Counted from the stretch's first letter, positions 8,960 to 19,566 are shown. The stretch is DNA of 64,000 nt from Nitrospirota bacterium (GCA_963790025.1 CAWBMP010000004.1:1376001-1440000), one strand, 5' to 3'. Notes: a model not told the origin generated them from the sequence alone. Numbers and translations: made by a program.

Positions 8960-11900
8960 ATGAGAGTTAAACAAATAGAGCTTACCGGCTTCAAATCCTT
9001 TTCAGATAAGACGGTGCTCAGGCTGCACGATGGTGTTACTTGCATTGTAGGACCAAACGGATGCGGCAAAAGCAATGTGGTTGATGCGTTTAAGTGGGTA
9101 CTGGGTGAGCAAAGCGTCAAAAGTCTGCGCGGCGAAAAAATGGAAGAAGTCATTTTCCAGGGTTCGGCTACAATAAAGCAGAAAGGCATGGCGGAAGTTA
9201 CCCTCCAAATCTCTTTTTCCCCGCAACTCAAAAAGTCTGACGATAACGGAAACAAGACGGACAGCGCAGCCGCCCAGGACGGCTCTTCTGTTTCTCGCAG
9301 GCTTTACCGTTCGGGCGAAAGCGAGTACCTGCTCAATAAGAGTCAGTGCAGGCTCCGGGATGTTAAGGATATTTTCCTCGACACAGGACTTGACGTAAAA
9401 AGTTATTCGATACTGGACCAGGGAAGAGTTGCGGAATTAATCAATACAAAGCCCCTTGACAGAAGATTTCTAATAGAAGAGGTCGCAGGGGTGATGAAAT
9501 ACAAAGTGAGAAAGACCGAGGCGCTGTCAAAGCTTGAATCTTCCAAACAAAACTTGCTGCGCATCAATGACATCGTTCATGAAGTCAGACGGCAGATAAA
9601 CAGCCTTGACCGGCAGGTAAAAAAAGCGGAGCGCTACAAACGACTTAACGCCGAACTCAAATGCATTGAACTGCGGATCGCCAAAAGGGAATATTTGCGA
9701 CTAAGCGGCATCCTGCAGGAACTTTCGGCTGAAATAGAAAGGCTAAGAGAAGCAGATTCCTTAAAGAGGAGTACGCTCTCGACCCTTGAAAATCAGATCG
9801 AGGCAAAGAGACTGGAACTGGCGGACCGGGAAAAGACGCTTACCGACCTGGAAAATTCCCTTTACAGCAAAGAGAAAGAGATTTCCGAATCAGAGAAGCA
9901 CGTTGCTATCTTAAAGTCTGCTATAGAGAACAGAAGGGCCGATATATTGCGGCTTTCTTCCCAGCAGAGAGATTTTGAAAATAAAAAGGAAGACCTTATA
10001 AAGAAGCTCGGCACTATTGACGCAAACGCAAGTGCTCTTTCATCCGAAATGTCAGGCCTGACTGACGAGCTCGACGAGAAAAGGGAACTCCTGTCGTCTA
10101 TCGAATTATCTATAGGAGACAAAGAGTCCGGGGTGGAGGAAAAAAGAAAGGAGCTTTTCAGGGTCTCAGAAATTGTCAGCCAGCACAGGAATAATCTGCA
10201 CAAGCTCCAGTCATCCTTTGAAACATTACAGTACCGCGAATCGACATCGTCAAAGGATATGGAAACAGTCAAAAGCGGCATTTCTGCTGCGGAAGAGTCA
10301 ATAAGGACTGCCGTCGAAAATATCGCCGCCCTTAAGGACAGGCTTGCGGCAATGCAGTCGGAAAAGGAAGCTCTCAAGTCTGAAACAGAAAAGCTGAAAA
10401 TCGACATTGAAACTAAAAAAAGTCTCCTGGGAACAGAACGGGAGGCCCTGGCTTCAAATATGGCACGCATCGGCTCGTTAAAAGAGCTTGCCTTTGACAA
10501 GTCTCTCATGGATGTCTTGTCAGAAGCTGTGCCTGCTGCCCGGCAGGCTGCCACGGGTACGGGAGACGCCAGAAAAACACCATCGGGTCTGTCGACCGAT
10601 TGTCTGGTGCTTTCCGATGTCATAAGTACTGAACGGGAGTATGAAAAAGCTATAGAGGCTGCACTTTCCGAGAGGATAAACTCGATCCTCTTAAAAAACA
10701 TTGAGGATATACTGACGGCAGCAGCGGTAATTAAAGAAAAAAATCTTGGCCGGACATCCATCCTCTACACAGGGTTCAGTGATAAGCGTCATGCCTCCGG
10801 CTATAAAGCCGGTGCGTCCGGCACTCAGCAGCCGAAGTTTGACGGCGTCATCGGCAGGGCTTCTGATTTTATCACCCTTGAGAACAGCCAGATGCAGGGT
10901 CCGGCAGAGATGGTCCTTCAAAATACTCTTATCGTAAGGGACCTTCAGGCTGCCATTGCGTTCAGAGATCATGAGGCTTCCTGCACTTTTACCCTTGTTA
11001 CGCTTGATGGTGAAGTCATTGACAGGGATGGAGTAATCCTCGCCGGTCAGGGAAAGGATATTCTGAAGAGGAAGAGGGAAATAAAGGAACTCCATGCAGC
11101 GGTCCTGGACCAGCAATCGCTTGTTCATGGTTACGAGAACGATTTGTCCATTGCAGCCGACGTATTGTCTGATAGAAAGAAATCGCTGACAACTATGGAA
11201 AGCACCCTCGTCACCCTCGAAAAGGAGCTATCTGTTGCCGACCATTCCCTGAAGGGCCTTTATGAAGAAACTGAAAGAAAGCAAAGGAAACTTGCTTTTC
11301 TTAATTCGGAAATTGCCGCTGTCACGGGAGAAAAAGAATCACTTAAGACCCTGATAACGTCAAAATCGGAGGAGATCGGCTTATATGAAAAAGAGAGGGA
11401 CAATATTAATGAAGGCATAACTGTACTGCAAGGCTCCATCGGATCGGTAAGAACACAATATGAGTCGGCGAGGTCCGAGGTGACCGATCTGCAGCTTGCA
11501 ATTACTTCACACCGGGAGAAGATGGAGTCCCTGCGACGAGAGAAAGCGAATATTGCCGGTGCCTTAAGGGAGCTTGAGAAGAGCAGGGAGGCAGCTGTCC
11601 GGGAAGCCGAAGAAGCGGCGAAGAGACTTTCCGAATCATCTTCCGGGCTGGAGCGGTATGAAGAAGCTATAAAACTTCTGGTTGTCGAGGCTGACACGAT
11701 GCGCCGTGAGAAAACATCACAAAAAGAAGCAATCGATGCCGAAAGCCAAGCACTTGTTGCAGAGGGCAGTTCACTCAAGAATATGCGTATTGAGATCGAT
11801 GCCTTATCACAGCAACTATCGGATGCAAACACAAAGGCCCTTGAAAACAGGCTCAGAGCAGAGAACATAGAAAGCTCTATTTCCAATAAATACGGCTTTG

Positions 11901-12601
11901 AAATAAAGCACGGGGAAATTGCAACAGAGGAATTTGACCTTGCCGAAGACGAGGAGCTGGCAAATCAGCTCAACGAGAAAATACGTGACCTTGGTCCGGT
12001 AAACCTCGGCACGATTGAGGAATATGAAGAACTGAAAAAACGTTATGACTTCCTGACTCAGCAGCAGCAGGATTTAACCCTGTCGATAGCAGAACTGGAA
12101 GAGGCGATAAGCAGGATAAATGCCTCGACAAGAAGAAAGCTGCGTGAGGCATACGATGCGCTCAGGACGAAATTCTCTGAAGTCTTTATAACACTTTTCG
12201 GAGGGGGCAGGGCAGATATCATACTCACTGATGAGGAAAATATGTTGGAATCAGGTATCGAGGTCATAGCCCAGCCACCAGGCAAAAAGCTCCAGAACCT
12301 GAACCTGCTTTCAGGAGGAGAAAAAGCCCTCACCTCTCTGTCGCTTCTCTTTGCAGGTTTCCTGATAAAACCGAGTCCGCTCTGTATTCTTGACGAGGTA
12401 GACGCGCCTCTCGATGAATCAAACACTCTGAGGTTTGCGCAGATGATCAAGGGGCTTTCAAAAGACACGCAGTTTATTGTTGTTACCCATAACCGGTCAA
12501 CCATGGAAGTTGCCGACTACCTGTATGGCATAACCATGGAAGAGCCCGGCGTGTCTAAAGCTATCTCTTTGCAGTTTACTGAAGTCGGGAACGCTCAATA
12601 A
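8960..12601 (+). CDS. smc: Chromosome segregation protein SMC
   Basis: GFKSF, GPNGCGKSN Walker A, long coiled coils with hinge, LSGGEKAL signature, ILDEVDAPLD Walker B. Confidence 0.97.
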   Translation: MRVKQIELTGFKSFSDKTVLRLHDGVTCIVGPNGCGKSNVVDAFKWVLGEQSVKSLRGEKMEEVIFQGSATIKQKGMAEVTLQISFSPQLKKSDDNGNKTDSAAAQDGSSVSRRLYRSGESEYLLNKSQCRLRDVKDIFLDTGLDVKSYSILDQGRVAELINTKPLDRRFLIEEVAGVMKYKVRKTEALSKLESSKQNLLRINDIVHEVRRQINSLDRQVKKAERYKRLNAELKCIELRIAKREYLRLSGILQELSAEIERLREADSLKRSTLSTLENQIEAKRLELADREKTLTDLENSLYSKEKEISESEKHVAILKSAIENRRADILRLSSQQRDFENKKEDLIKKLGTIDANASALSSEMSGLTDELDEKRELLSSIELSIGDKESGVEEKRKELFRVSEIVSQHRNNLHKLQSSFETLQYRESTSSKDMETVKSGISAAEESIRTAVENIAALKDRLAAMQSEKEALKSETEKLKIDIETKKSLLGTEREALASNMARIGSLKELAFDKSLMDVLSEAVPAARQAATGTGDARKTPSGLSTDCLVLSDVISTEREYEKAIEAALSERINSILLKNIEDILTAAAVIKEKNLGRTSILYTGFSDKRHASGYKAGASGTQQPKFDGVIGRASDFITLENSQMQGPAEMVLQNTLIVRDLQAAIAFRDHEASCTFTLVTLDGEVIDRDGVILAGQGKDILKRKREIKELHAAVLDQQSLVHGYENDLSIAADVLSDRKKSLTTMESTLVTLEKELSVADHSLKGLYEETERKQRKLAFLNSEIAAVTGEKESLKTLITSKSEEIGLYEKERDNINEGITVLQGSIGSVRTQYESARSEVTDLQLAITSHREKMESLRREKANIAGALRELEKSREAAVREAEEAAKRLSESSSGLERYEEAIKLLVVEADTMRREKTSQKEAIDAESQALVAEGSSLKNMRIEIDALSQQLSDANTKALENRLRAENIESSISNKYGFEIKHGEIATEEFDLAEDEELANQLNEKIRDLGPVNLGTIEEYEELKKRYDFLTQQQQDLTLSIAELEEAISRINASTRRKLREAYDALRTKFSEVFITLFGGGRADIILTDEENMLESGIEVIAQPPGKKLQNLNLLSGGEKALTSLSLLFAGFLIKPSPLCILDEVDAPLDESNTLRFAQMIKGLSKDTQFIVVTHNRSTMEVADYLYGITMEEPGVSKAISLQFTEVGNAQ

Positions 12602-12623
12602 ATACGCATTTGTTAAATATGTG

Positions 12624-12652
12624 TTTACAATAGGCCTGTTATAGGCTATACT
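12624..12652 (+). promoter_or_regulatory. Sigma70-type promoter of the RRM-rpsU operon
   Basis: TTTACA-N17-TATACT. Confidence 0.6.
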
Positions 12653-12753
12653 TTAGTGAGGCTTATAAAAGACTTTTAAAGTTAAGAAAAAACCCGGAGA
12701 CTTTAAAAGAAAGCATTCGGGTTTTTTTATTTTTGTCGGAAAGGAGACAGAAA

Positions 12754-13101
12754 ATGGCAAAAAAACTTTATGTTGGAAATATTTCTTTCAAGACAACACA
12801 AGATGAACTTAAAGCGCATTTCGAGACTGTAGGAGAGGTTGAATCAGCCACTATCATAACCGATTTTCATACGGGACGGTCCAAAGGTTTTGGGTTTGTA
12901 GAGATGGCAACTGAGGAAGATGCAAAAAAGGCGATCGAGACAATCAACGGCACCATATTTATGGAAAAAACGCTCTCAGTAGCCGAGGCAAAACCTCAGA
13001 CGCCAAAAGGGGACAGAGGTGGTTTCGGCGCCAGAAGAAGCGGAGGCGGAGGCGGCTTTGGTGGTGGAGGCGGCAGGGGTCAGGGAAGAGGAAGGAGGTA
13101 A
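12754..13101 (+). CDS. RRM RNA-binding protein with Gly-rich tail
   Basis: KLYVGNI (RNP2), KGFGFVEM (RNP1), GR-rich tail; AGGAG before ATG 12754. Confidence 0.93.
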   Translation: MAKKLYVGNISFKTTQDELKAHFETVGEVESATIITDFHTGRSKGFGFVEMATEEDAKKAIETINGTIFMEKTLSVAEAKPQTPKGDRGGFGARRSGGGGGFGGGGGRGQGRGRR

Positions 13102-13102
13102 C

Positions 13103-13315
13103 TTGCAGGTAAATGTTAGTGGAAATGATGTTGAAAAGGCACTCAAAGATCTGAAGCGGAGGCTGCAAAGAGACGGCCTTTTCAAAGAAATAAAAAAAAG
13201 AACCTTCTATTTGAAGCCATCAAAAAAAGAGAAGGCGAAACAGAGAGAAGCCAGGAGGAAACGCCAAAAGTCGATGCGGTTCAAAGCCCCGGCCAAACCC
13301 AGAGTAAGGGAATAG
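13103..13315 (+). CDS. rpsU: 30S ribosomal protein S21 (TTG start)
   Basis: VEKALKDLKRRLQRDGLFKEIKKRTFYLKPS; AGGAGG just upstream of TTG 13103. Confidence 0.9.
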   Translation: MQVNVSGNDVEKALKDLKRRLQRDGLFKEIKKRTFYLKPSKKEKAKQREARRKRQKSMRFKAPAKPRVRE

Positions 13316-13373
13316 TGGGGGACGGGCCGGCGAAATTTACATAACAACGGCATTATCAGTATAATTTTCATAT

Positions 13374-14729
13374 ATGAGAGACGCCTCGCTTATTTCCGGC
13401 ATAGAAATCTCGACAGAAAAAGAAGATCGTTTATGTTACAGTTTCGATGCATCAAATTCAGAAGCAGTGCTGCCGCACGCTGTTGCATGGCCTAGAAATA
13501 CCGATCAGATTATTAAGATCGTAAAATTTGCCGCTGCAAACGACTATTCCATCATAGCCAGAGGCGCCGGTACCGGCATGGCGGGCGCATCAGTTCCAGC
13601 CTCAAACAGCATTGTCATAAGCTTTGAAAAGATGCGGAAAATGCTCGATGTCGATACGAAGAATATGACGGTCACCGTCGAGCCCGGCATCATAAACGGA
13701 AAGCTGCAGAAAGAACTTGAGTGTTTGGGTTATTTTTACCCGCCTGACCCTGCCAGCCTTAATAACTGCACCATTGGTGGTAATGTGGCAACCAATGCGG
13801 GAGGACCCAGGGCGATTAAATATGGCGTAACCCGTGATTATGTGATGGGTATCGAAGCAGTTATGCCTGATGGCAGCTTAATCGTAACAGGGGGTAAAAC
13901 GCATAAAAGGGTAGTCGGCTACGATCTCAAAAATCTGCTCATAGGCTCTGAAGGCACTCTGGCATTGGCCACAAAAATACGGCTTAGGATGCTCCCGCTT
14001 CCCGAGGACATAATGACACTTCTTGTTCTTTTCCCCAACCTTGAGTCTTCAGGCGTTGCCGTTTCAAAAATCATTACCGCTAAAATCATCCCCCGCACTA
14101 TGGAATTGCTTGACAAATCCGCTATCGAAGCAATTGAAAGCTATAAACCTATCGGCCTGCCGACGGATGTCGATGCATTGATTCTTGTTGAAGTCGACGG
14201 CTATCCCGCTACCATCAATAAAGAGGCCGGGCGCATTGTCGATATTTGCCGGGGACTGGGGGCGGAAGTCATAGTTGCAGAGGACTCTGTAGCAAGGGAA
14301 AGGCTCTGGGAGGCAAGGAGATCGATTTCACCGGCACTCTACCATATAAAGCCTACAAAAATTAACGAAGACATCGTAGTACCCAGAGATAAGGTTCCAC
14401 TGATGCTAATTGAGTTGAGGAGGATATCTGAAAGCAGCGGGATAAAAATAATAAGCTTCGGCCACGCCGGGGATGGGAATCTGCATGTTAATATAATGGT
14501 TGACAAGAATAATGAGGAGGAATATGCCAGGGGCGCCGAGCTCGTGTCTAAAATATTCGAGATTACTCTAAAGCTGGGCGGCTCTTTGTCCGGGGAGCAC
14601 GGCATAGGCCTTACAAAGGCGCCTTATTTGGTCATGGAAGTAAAGAAACGTGAAATAGAACTCATGAAAGGTGTAAAAGCCGTGTTTGACCCGAAGGGCC
14701 TTATGAATCCTGGGAAGATCTTCGTCTGA
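13374..14729 (+). CDS. glcD: GlcD-like FAD-linked oxidase (glycolate/D-lactate dehydrogenase)
   Basis: ARGAGTG, YPPDPAS, TIGGNVATNAGG, GSEGTL, GHAGDGNLH, SGEHGIG and DPKGLMNPGK motifs. Confidence 0.85.
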   Translation: MRDASLISGIEISTEKEDRLCYSFDASNSEAVLPHAVAWPRNTDQIIKIVKFAAANDYSIIARGAGTGMAGASVPASNSIVISFEKMRKMLDVDTKNMTVTVEPGIINGKLQKELECLGYFYPPDPASLNNCTIGGNVATNAGGPRAIKYGVTRDYVMGIEAVMPDGSLIVTGGKTHKRVVGYDLKNLLIGSEGTLALATKIRLRMLPLPEDIMTLLVLFPNLESSGVAVSKIITAKIIPRTMELLDKSAIEAIESYKPIGLPTDVDALILVEVDGYPATINKEAGRIVDICRGLGAEVIVAEDSVARERLWEARRSISPALYHIKPTKINEDIVVPRDKVPLMLIELRRISESSGIKIISFGHAGDGNLHVNIMVDKNNEEEYARGAELVSKIFEITLKLGGSLSGEHGIGLTKAPYLVMEVKKREIELMKGVKAVFDPKGLMNPGKIFV

Positions 14730-14868
14730 TAATATTTATATTAGCAGTTTCTGTAAACACAATGCTTGTCCAGTGCCCTGTCCCACAGTTCCTTCAGCTT
14801 CGCAATACTTTTAATACAAATTTTGATATACTGATATGTCTACGAATTCTTTTTAAAAGGTTTGAAAA

Positions 14869-16701
14869 ATGAAGGAAACAGTGTCTCCTGTCGGCTTTCG
14901 CAAACTGCTGATAATAGGAGTGCTACTGATCAACGTTGCCATCATTGTATTGGTTGGCCTTTCCATCCGTCAAAGCCGTCTTCAGTATGAGGAACAGGCT
15001 GCTATTACAACCCAAAACCTCTCTCATGCACTGGAAGAGTATATCAATGGGGTCATCACTAAGGCTGATGTGGCACTGCTGTCAGTCGCGGATGAAGCGG
15101 AAAGACAACTTGCCAGTGGTCGCATAAATAGTCGGGCTATTAATGCATATATTCTTAGACAGCATGGACGTATCCCTGAAATTGACGGTTTGCGGATGAC
15201 TAATGCAAAGGGTGACATCTTGTACGGGACGGATGTGGCACCGGGGGTAAACGTTTCCGACCGTGATTACTTTATTAACACGCGGAACGAATTGAAGCCT
15301 GGACTTTTCATATCTAAACCTATAGTTAGTCGTACCACTAGGAATTGGGCCATTATCATTGCCCGTCGTTATAATCACCCGAACGGTTCTTTTGCCGGCG
15401 AGGCACACGGGGTGGTTTCGCTTGATAATTTTTCAAAGATGTTTTCCAAAATAAATGTCGGCAAACATGGGATTATCGTATTATTAGACAATGATCGCAG
15501 CATTATTTGTCGTTATACGGAAACGCATGGAACCGATAGTAGTATAGGCAAGAGGTATACATCGGCAGAAATTCAAGAATTATTTAGAAGGGGGGAAACC
15601 TCAGCAACGTATAGAACACGTTCCGGTATTGACGGCGTTTATCGTACACATTCCTATAGGAAGATTTCCTTTTATCCTATGTACATGGTTGTGGGCTTAG
15701 CCCAGGACGAATATCTTACCGAGTGGCGGAAAGAAACGACCAAAATGTTGGCGCTGGTAGCACTGTTTTTACTGGTTGTGCTCTTTTTGGCATGGTTGCT
15801 CTACCGTGACGTCACCGAGCGGAAGAAAATGGAAGAGGATCTCTTAAGAACCAAGAAACTTGAATCCATCGCTATACTTTCAAAAGGCATAGCCCATGAT
15901 TTTAACAACATGTTGACGTCAGTTTTAGGATTCATATCTCTTGCCAAGACTCTGATTCCACCCTCAGATCAGGCGCATAAGTATCTGACAGTTGCTGAAA
16001 GTTCCTGTGAGAAAGCAAAGGAGCTGACTCAACAATTAGATAAATATGCCTCAGGCGTCACATTAGAAAAAAAGATAGCATCACTTACACGCCTATTGCA
16101 GGATTCATCTGAATTATTATCGAAACATGAAAACATCAAGGTTAATAAATCGATTCCGGATAATTTATGGTCTGCTGACATGGATGAAAGACAGATTTCC
16201 CACGTAATGCATGAACTGCTTGAAAATGCCGGTGAAGCAATGCCCAACGGCGGGGTTATTGATATTTCTGCAAAAAACACAGTTGTCAGCAGCAGCGACC
16301 TGCTCCCTTTGCAGGAAGGAAACTATATAAAAATATCAGTGAAAGACCAAGGAGTGGGTATATCAAAAGAAAATCTCTCAAATATCTTTGAGCCGTATTT
16401 TACGACGAAACAAATGGATTACAGGAGTGGTGTCGGACTTGGTCTTGCACTTTGCTATTCCATAATAAGAGGACACAAAGGCTATATTGTAGTCGAATCT
16501 GAACCTGGGAAAGGGACAGCTGTTGATTTCTATCTTCCAGCTGAGCATTCCGGACCATGTCGACCAGTCATTCCAGGGCAAGGTGACCACTTATTACGGA
16601 GCATCCCGATCAATGATTCCGGTCTTAAGCCGACCACTTTTGGGTCTTTTCCGGAAGGGGTGGTTGAGATCAAACGGAATCAGCCAGACAAACCCACCTG
16701 A
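14869..16701 (+). CDS. Membrane sensor histidine kinase (Cache-type sensor, HisKA, HATPase); last ~52 aa read from foreign DNA
   Basis: Two TM segments, AHDFNNML H-box, ENAGEAM, DQGVGI, FEPYFTTK and GLGL motifs; kinase-like sequence stops at FYLPA. Confidence 0.9.
   Translation: MKETVSPVGFRKLLIIGVLLINVAIIVLVGLSIRQSRLQYEEQAAITTQNLSHALEEYINGVITKADVALLSVADEAERQLASGRINSRAINAYILRQHGRIPEIDGLRMTNAKGDILYGTDVAPGVNVSDRDYFINTRNELKPGLFISKPIVSRTTRNWAIIIARRYNHPNGSFAGEAHGVVSLDNFSKMFSKINVGKHGIIVLLDNDRSIICRYTETHGTDSSIGKRYTSAEIQELFRRGETSATYRTRSGIDGVYRTHSYRKISFYPMYMVVGLAQDEYLTEWRKETTKMLALVALFLLVVLFLAWLLYRDVTERKKMEEDLLRTKKLESIAILSKGIAHDFNNMLTSVLGFISLAKTLIPPSDQAHKYLTVAESSCEKAKELTQQLDKYASGVTLEKKIASLTRLLQDSSELLSKHENIKVNKSIPDNLWSADMDERQISHVMHELLENAGEAMPNGGVIDISAKNTVVSSSDLLPLQEGNYIKISVKDQGVGISKENLSNIFEPYFTTKQMDYRSGVGLGLALCYSIIRGHKGYIVVESEPGKGTAVDFYLPAEHSGPCRPVIPGQGDHLLRSIPINDSGLKPTTFGSFPEGVVEIKRNQPDKPT
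16542..16680 (+). mobile_element. IS21-family-like terminal region (orphan end, no transposase nearby)
   Basis: Starts TG; four ATT(C/A)C..GA(C/T)CA units at exact 23-bp spacing (16547, 16570, 16593, 16616) and an inverted unit ending CGGAAT at 16680. Confidence 0.65.
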
Positions 16702-16787
16702 TTGAACGTATAGCGTAAGCATCAAAGGGAAGACGATTTCTGGAATAATCCTTGAGGACAGGAGATGATGCGAAGCAGAAAGCTTTG

Positions 16788-17759
16788 CTACCCGTTCAGA
16801 ATCTTTGCCGCTTCTTTCGCAAAATAGGTGATTATAAGGTCCGCGCCTGCCCTCTTTATCGACAGCAGCATTTCCATCATGGCCTTTTGTTCATCGATCC
16901 AGCCAAGCCGTCCTGCAGCTTTCACAATCGAGTACTCTCCGCTTACATTATATGCTGCAAGCGGCAGGACGAATGACGACTTCATAGCTGCAATGACATC
17001 AAGGTATGCCAGCGCTGGTTTTACCATTATGATATCTGCGCCTTCTTCTATATCAAGCATAGTTTCTTTCAGCGCTTCACGTTTGTTTGCCGGGTCCATC
17101 TGATAGGAGCGCCTGTCCCCGAACATTGGCGTTGATTCCGCCGCTTCTCTAAAGGGTCCGTAAAAAGCAGAGGCATATTTGGCAGCATACGACATTATGG
17201 GAATGGTGTTAAATCCTTCCCTGTCAAGTGCGGTCCTGATGGCAGCGACTCTTCCATCCATCATGTCGGAAGGGGCGACCATGTCAGCACCCGCTTTTGC
17301 ATGGGACACCGCTTCCATCGCAAGCAAACCAAGAGTCTTATCGTTATCGACGTCGCCCTTCTCTATGATCCCGCAGTGCCCGTGGCTGGTGTATTCGCAC
17401 ATGCACACATCGGTTATCACATAAAGTTCCGGCACAACATCTTTTATGGCCTTAATGGCATCCTGCACTACGCCATTTTCATCATAAGCGGAAGTGCCGA
17501 GCTCGTCTTTGGTTTCAGGAATGCCAAAGAGCAGTATTGCCGGGACGCCGAGAGAATGCACTTCCTTAGCAGTGTTGACCAAGATATCTACGGATTCCTG
17601 GTAGCAGCCGGGCATCGATGAAATCTCCTTTTTGACACCTCTGCCGCAGGTAACAAATAATGGATAAATAAAACAATCAGGAGAGATAGCAGTTTCTCTC
17701 ACCATCCTCCTGATCGCTTCGTTTTTTCGTAATCGTCTTAAACGGTGTACAGGGAACAT
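16788..17759 (-). CDS. hemB: Porphobilinogen synthase
   Basis: [36 protein letters not shown] and AAYNVSGEY motifs. Confidence 0.97.
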   Translation of the reverse strand: MFPVHRLRRLRKNEAIRRMVRETAISPDCFIYPLFVTCGRGVKKEISSMPGCYQESVDILVNTAKEVHSLGVPAILLFGIPETKDELGTSAYDENGVVQDAIKAIKDVVPELYVITDVCMCEYTSHGHCGIIEKGDVDNDKTLGLLAMEAVSHAKAGADMVAPSDMMDGRVAAIRTALDREGFNTIPIMSYAAKYASAFYGPFREAAESTPMFGDRRSYQMDPANKREALKETMLDIEEGADIIMVKPALAYLDVIAAMKSSFVLPLAAYNVSGEYSIVKAAGRLGWIDEQKAMMEMLLSIKRAGADLIITYFAKEAAKILNG

Positions 17760-17769
17760 AAATAAAGAA

Positions 17770-17852
17770 TGGCTATAGGCAATAGGCTATAGGCACTGGG
17801 GAAAGAATAGTTTTTTTCTCTCTCCTTGACCTATTACCCATAGCCTATTACC
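17770..17852. repeat. Intergenic inverted heptamer-repeat element
   Basis: GGCTATAGGCAATAGGCTATAGGC ... CCTATTACCCATAGCCTATTACC. Confidence 0.55.
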
Positions 17853-17857
17853 TTTGT

Positions 17858-18199
17858 TTAATGTCCGCAACTGCTGCAGCCGCCCGAGCCGGACTGGCTG
17901 GAGCCGCATGAAGGAGCAGCGCCTCCGGAAAGTGTAAATCCTTCCCGCTCTCCATCACTAATATAGTCGAGCCGCATCCCTGTAAGAGTGACTATTGTAC
18001 TCTTATCCACAAAGACCCTCAACCCGTCTTTCTCGATCACCTCGTCATCAGCAAGCGGTCTTTCATCTAAATCAAGACCGAATGATGGCCCGCAACATCC
18101 TCCGCCGGAACTATAGATTCTAAGTCCCCAGCTATCTTTGCCCTCTGAAGCCAATATGGCCTTAGCCTTCTCTGCAGCCTGTTCAGTAATGGTAACCAC
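17858..18199 (-). CDS. A-type Fe-S cluster carrier (IscA/ErpA/HesB family)
   Basis: TITEQAA, GGGCCGPSFGL, Cys-rich C-terminus; GGAGG before GTG 18199. Confidence 0.85.
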   Translation of the reverse strand: MVTITEQAAEKAKAILASEGKDSWGLRIYSSGGGCCGPSFGLDLDERPLADDEVIEKDGLRVFVDKSTIVTLTGMRLDYISDGEREGFTLSGGAAPSCGSSQSGSGGCSSCGH

Positions 18200-18316
18200 A
18201 CTCGTACCTCCAATATTTGATACTTTTAGCATAAAAGAAATTGGGCCAAAAAGCAAATAGACACTGAACCACCACCTCTTCTTTGACCTTTTAGCCGAAT
18301 ATAGGATATTTTATAG

Positions 18317-19384
18317 ATGGCTATGTTATTAATTCATCGTTCTATATTGAAAGAACTGCTTTCTTCTTTCTTCCTGTCCATCCTTTTTCTGAATTTCACG
18401 CTCATGATGGAAAAGTTGTTGCGCTTGAGCAGACTGCTTGCAGGAGTGGGCGCCTCGGGGTCCGACATCGCAAAGATAGTCTTTTACCTTCAGCCACAGA
18501 TTCTTATACTCACCATCCCCATGGCCATGCTGCTGTCCGTTCTTCTTGTTTACGGAAGGATGGGCACCGACAACGAACTGACCATACTGAAGGGCAGCGG
18601 CATGCCGTTCAGGTCCATAGCACTTCCAGTTTTCTATTTGGGACTGGCGTGCTTTTTCGTCGGCAGTTCAATGAGCTTTTATCTGAGTCCTAAAGGCAGC
18701 AAGAACCTTCGAACGGGGCTGCAGGACATACTGACCAGACGGGCGCCGATGACTATTGAAGAGGGCATTTTTAATACGGCGTTCAAAAATATTATGATAC
18801 TGATCAAAGCAAAACCAACCCCCACCACCTTGTCAGGGGTTTTCATTGTGGATGAACGAAAAAAGGATGAACAGAAAATAATAGTAGCAAGGGATGGCGA
18901 AATAATACCTGAACACGATTCATTGAGCTTTTCTCTCTCCGACGGCCACGTATATATAGCAAAAAAAGCACTTATTACGGAAATACAGTTCGGAAATTAT
19001 CATTTAAGACTGGCGCCGTCAATTGAACCTGGGGACCGCAAAAACAGCGAAATGACGCCGAGTGAACTTTTGAGGGAGGCCGGGACGGATTCTGCTAAAA
19101 GAGTCTCTTATCTGCTTGAATTTTACCGCAGGATTTCCATGCCCGCCATATGCTTTATACTAATCCTCCTGGGTCCGTCGCTGTCTCTTATGGCTGGAAA
19201 GTCCGGGAAGCTGGGAGGGCTGACTGTGGGGTTGTCAGTATTTGCTTTCTATTACACATTGCTCATTTATGGCGAGAATCTGGCCCGATCAGGCAAATTG
19301 CCGCTCATCGCCGGCGCCTGGCTGTCCTTCACAATCCTGTCGGCGCTCGCGATAGCGGTATTCGACAGGGTGAACAGAAGATGA
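18317..19384 (+). CDS. lptF: LPS export permease LptF
   Basis: YjgP/YjgQ layout; TIPMAMLLSVLLVYGRMGTDNELTILKGSG. Confidence 0.85.
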   Translation: MAMLLIHRSILKELLSSFFLSILFLNFTLMMEKLLRLSRLLAGVGASGSDIAKIVFYLQPQILILTIPMAMLLSVLLVYGRMGTDNELTILKGSGMPFRSIALPVFYLGLACFFVGSSMSFYLSPKGSKNLRTGLQDILTRRAPMTIEEGIFNTAFKNIMILIKAKPTPTTLSGVFIVDERKKDEQKIIVARDGEIIPEHDSLSFSLSDGHVYIAKKALITEIQFGNYHLRLAPSIEPGDRKNSEMTPSELLREAGTDSAKRVSYLLEFYRRISMPAICFILILLGPSLSLMAGKSGKLGGLTVGLSVFAFYYTLLIYGENLARSGKLPLIAGAWLSFTILSALAIAVFDRVNRR

Positions 19385-19413
19385 ACCCCGAATTCACCAT
19401 CAAAAACCGTAAA

Positions 19414-19556
19414 CAACAGAGCACACAGAGATTTTTCTCTGTGCTCAAAAAATTTCAGCAGGGAATAAATAATACTTTTTTCACAAAAGAGTGCACAGAG
19501 TTTAAAAAGTGTTTTGAATTATTTAAATTAATGATTTTCTCTGTGTTCTCTGTGGT
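19414..19556. repeat. Palindromic CACAGAG/CTCTGTG intergenic element between lptF and lptG
   Basis: ACAGAGCACACAGAG...CTCTGTG...CACAGAG...CTCTGTGTTCTCTGTGG. Confidence 0.55.
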
Positions 19557-19566
19557 TTGATTTGAT

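Noticed and set aside
9862..11886. Long minus-strand Ser-rich ORFs
   Set aside because: Antisense shadows of the SMC coiled coil
13019..13102. N-terminal extension of S21 in the ORF track
   Set aside because: Overlaps the RRM gene; the RBS points to TTG 13103
16547..16640. Possible CRISPR or ncRNA array
   Set aside because: 23-bp period without unique spacers; fits an IS21-type end better
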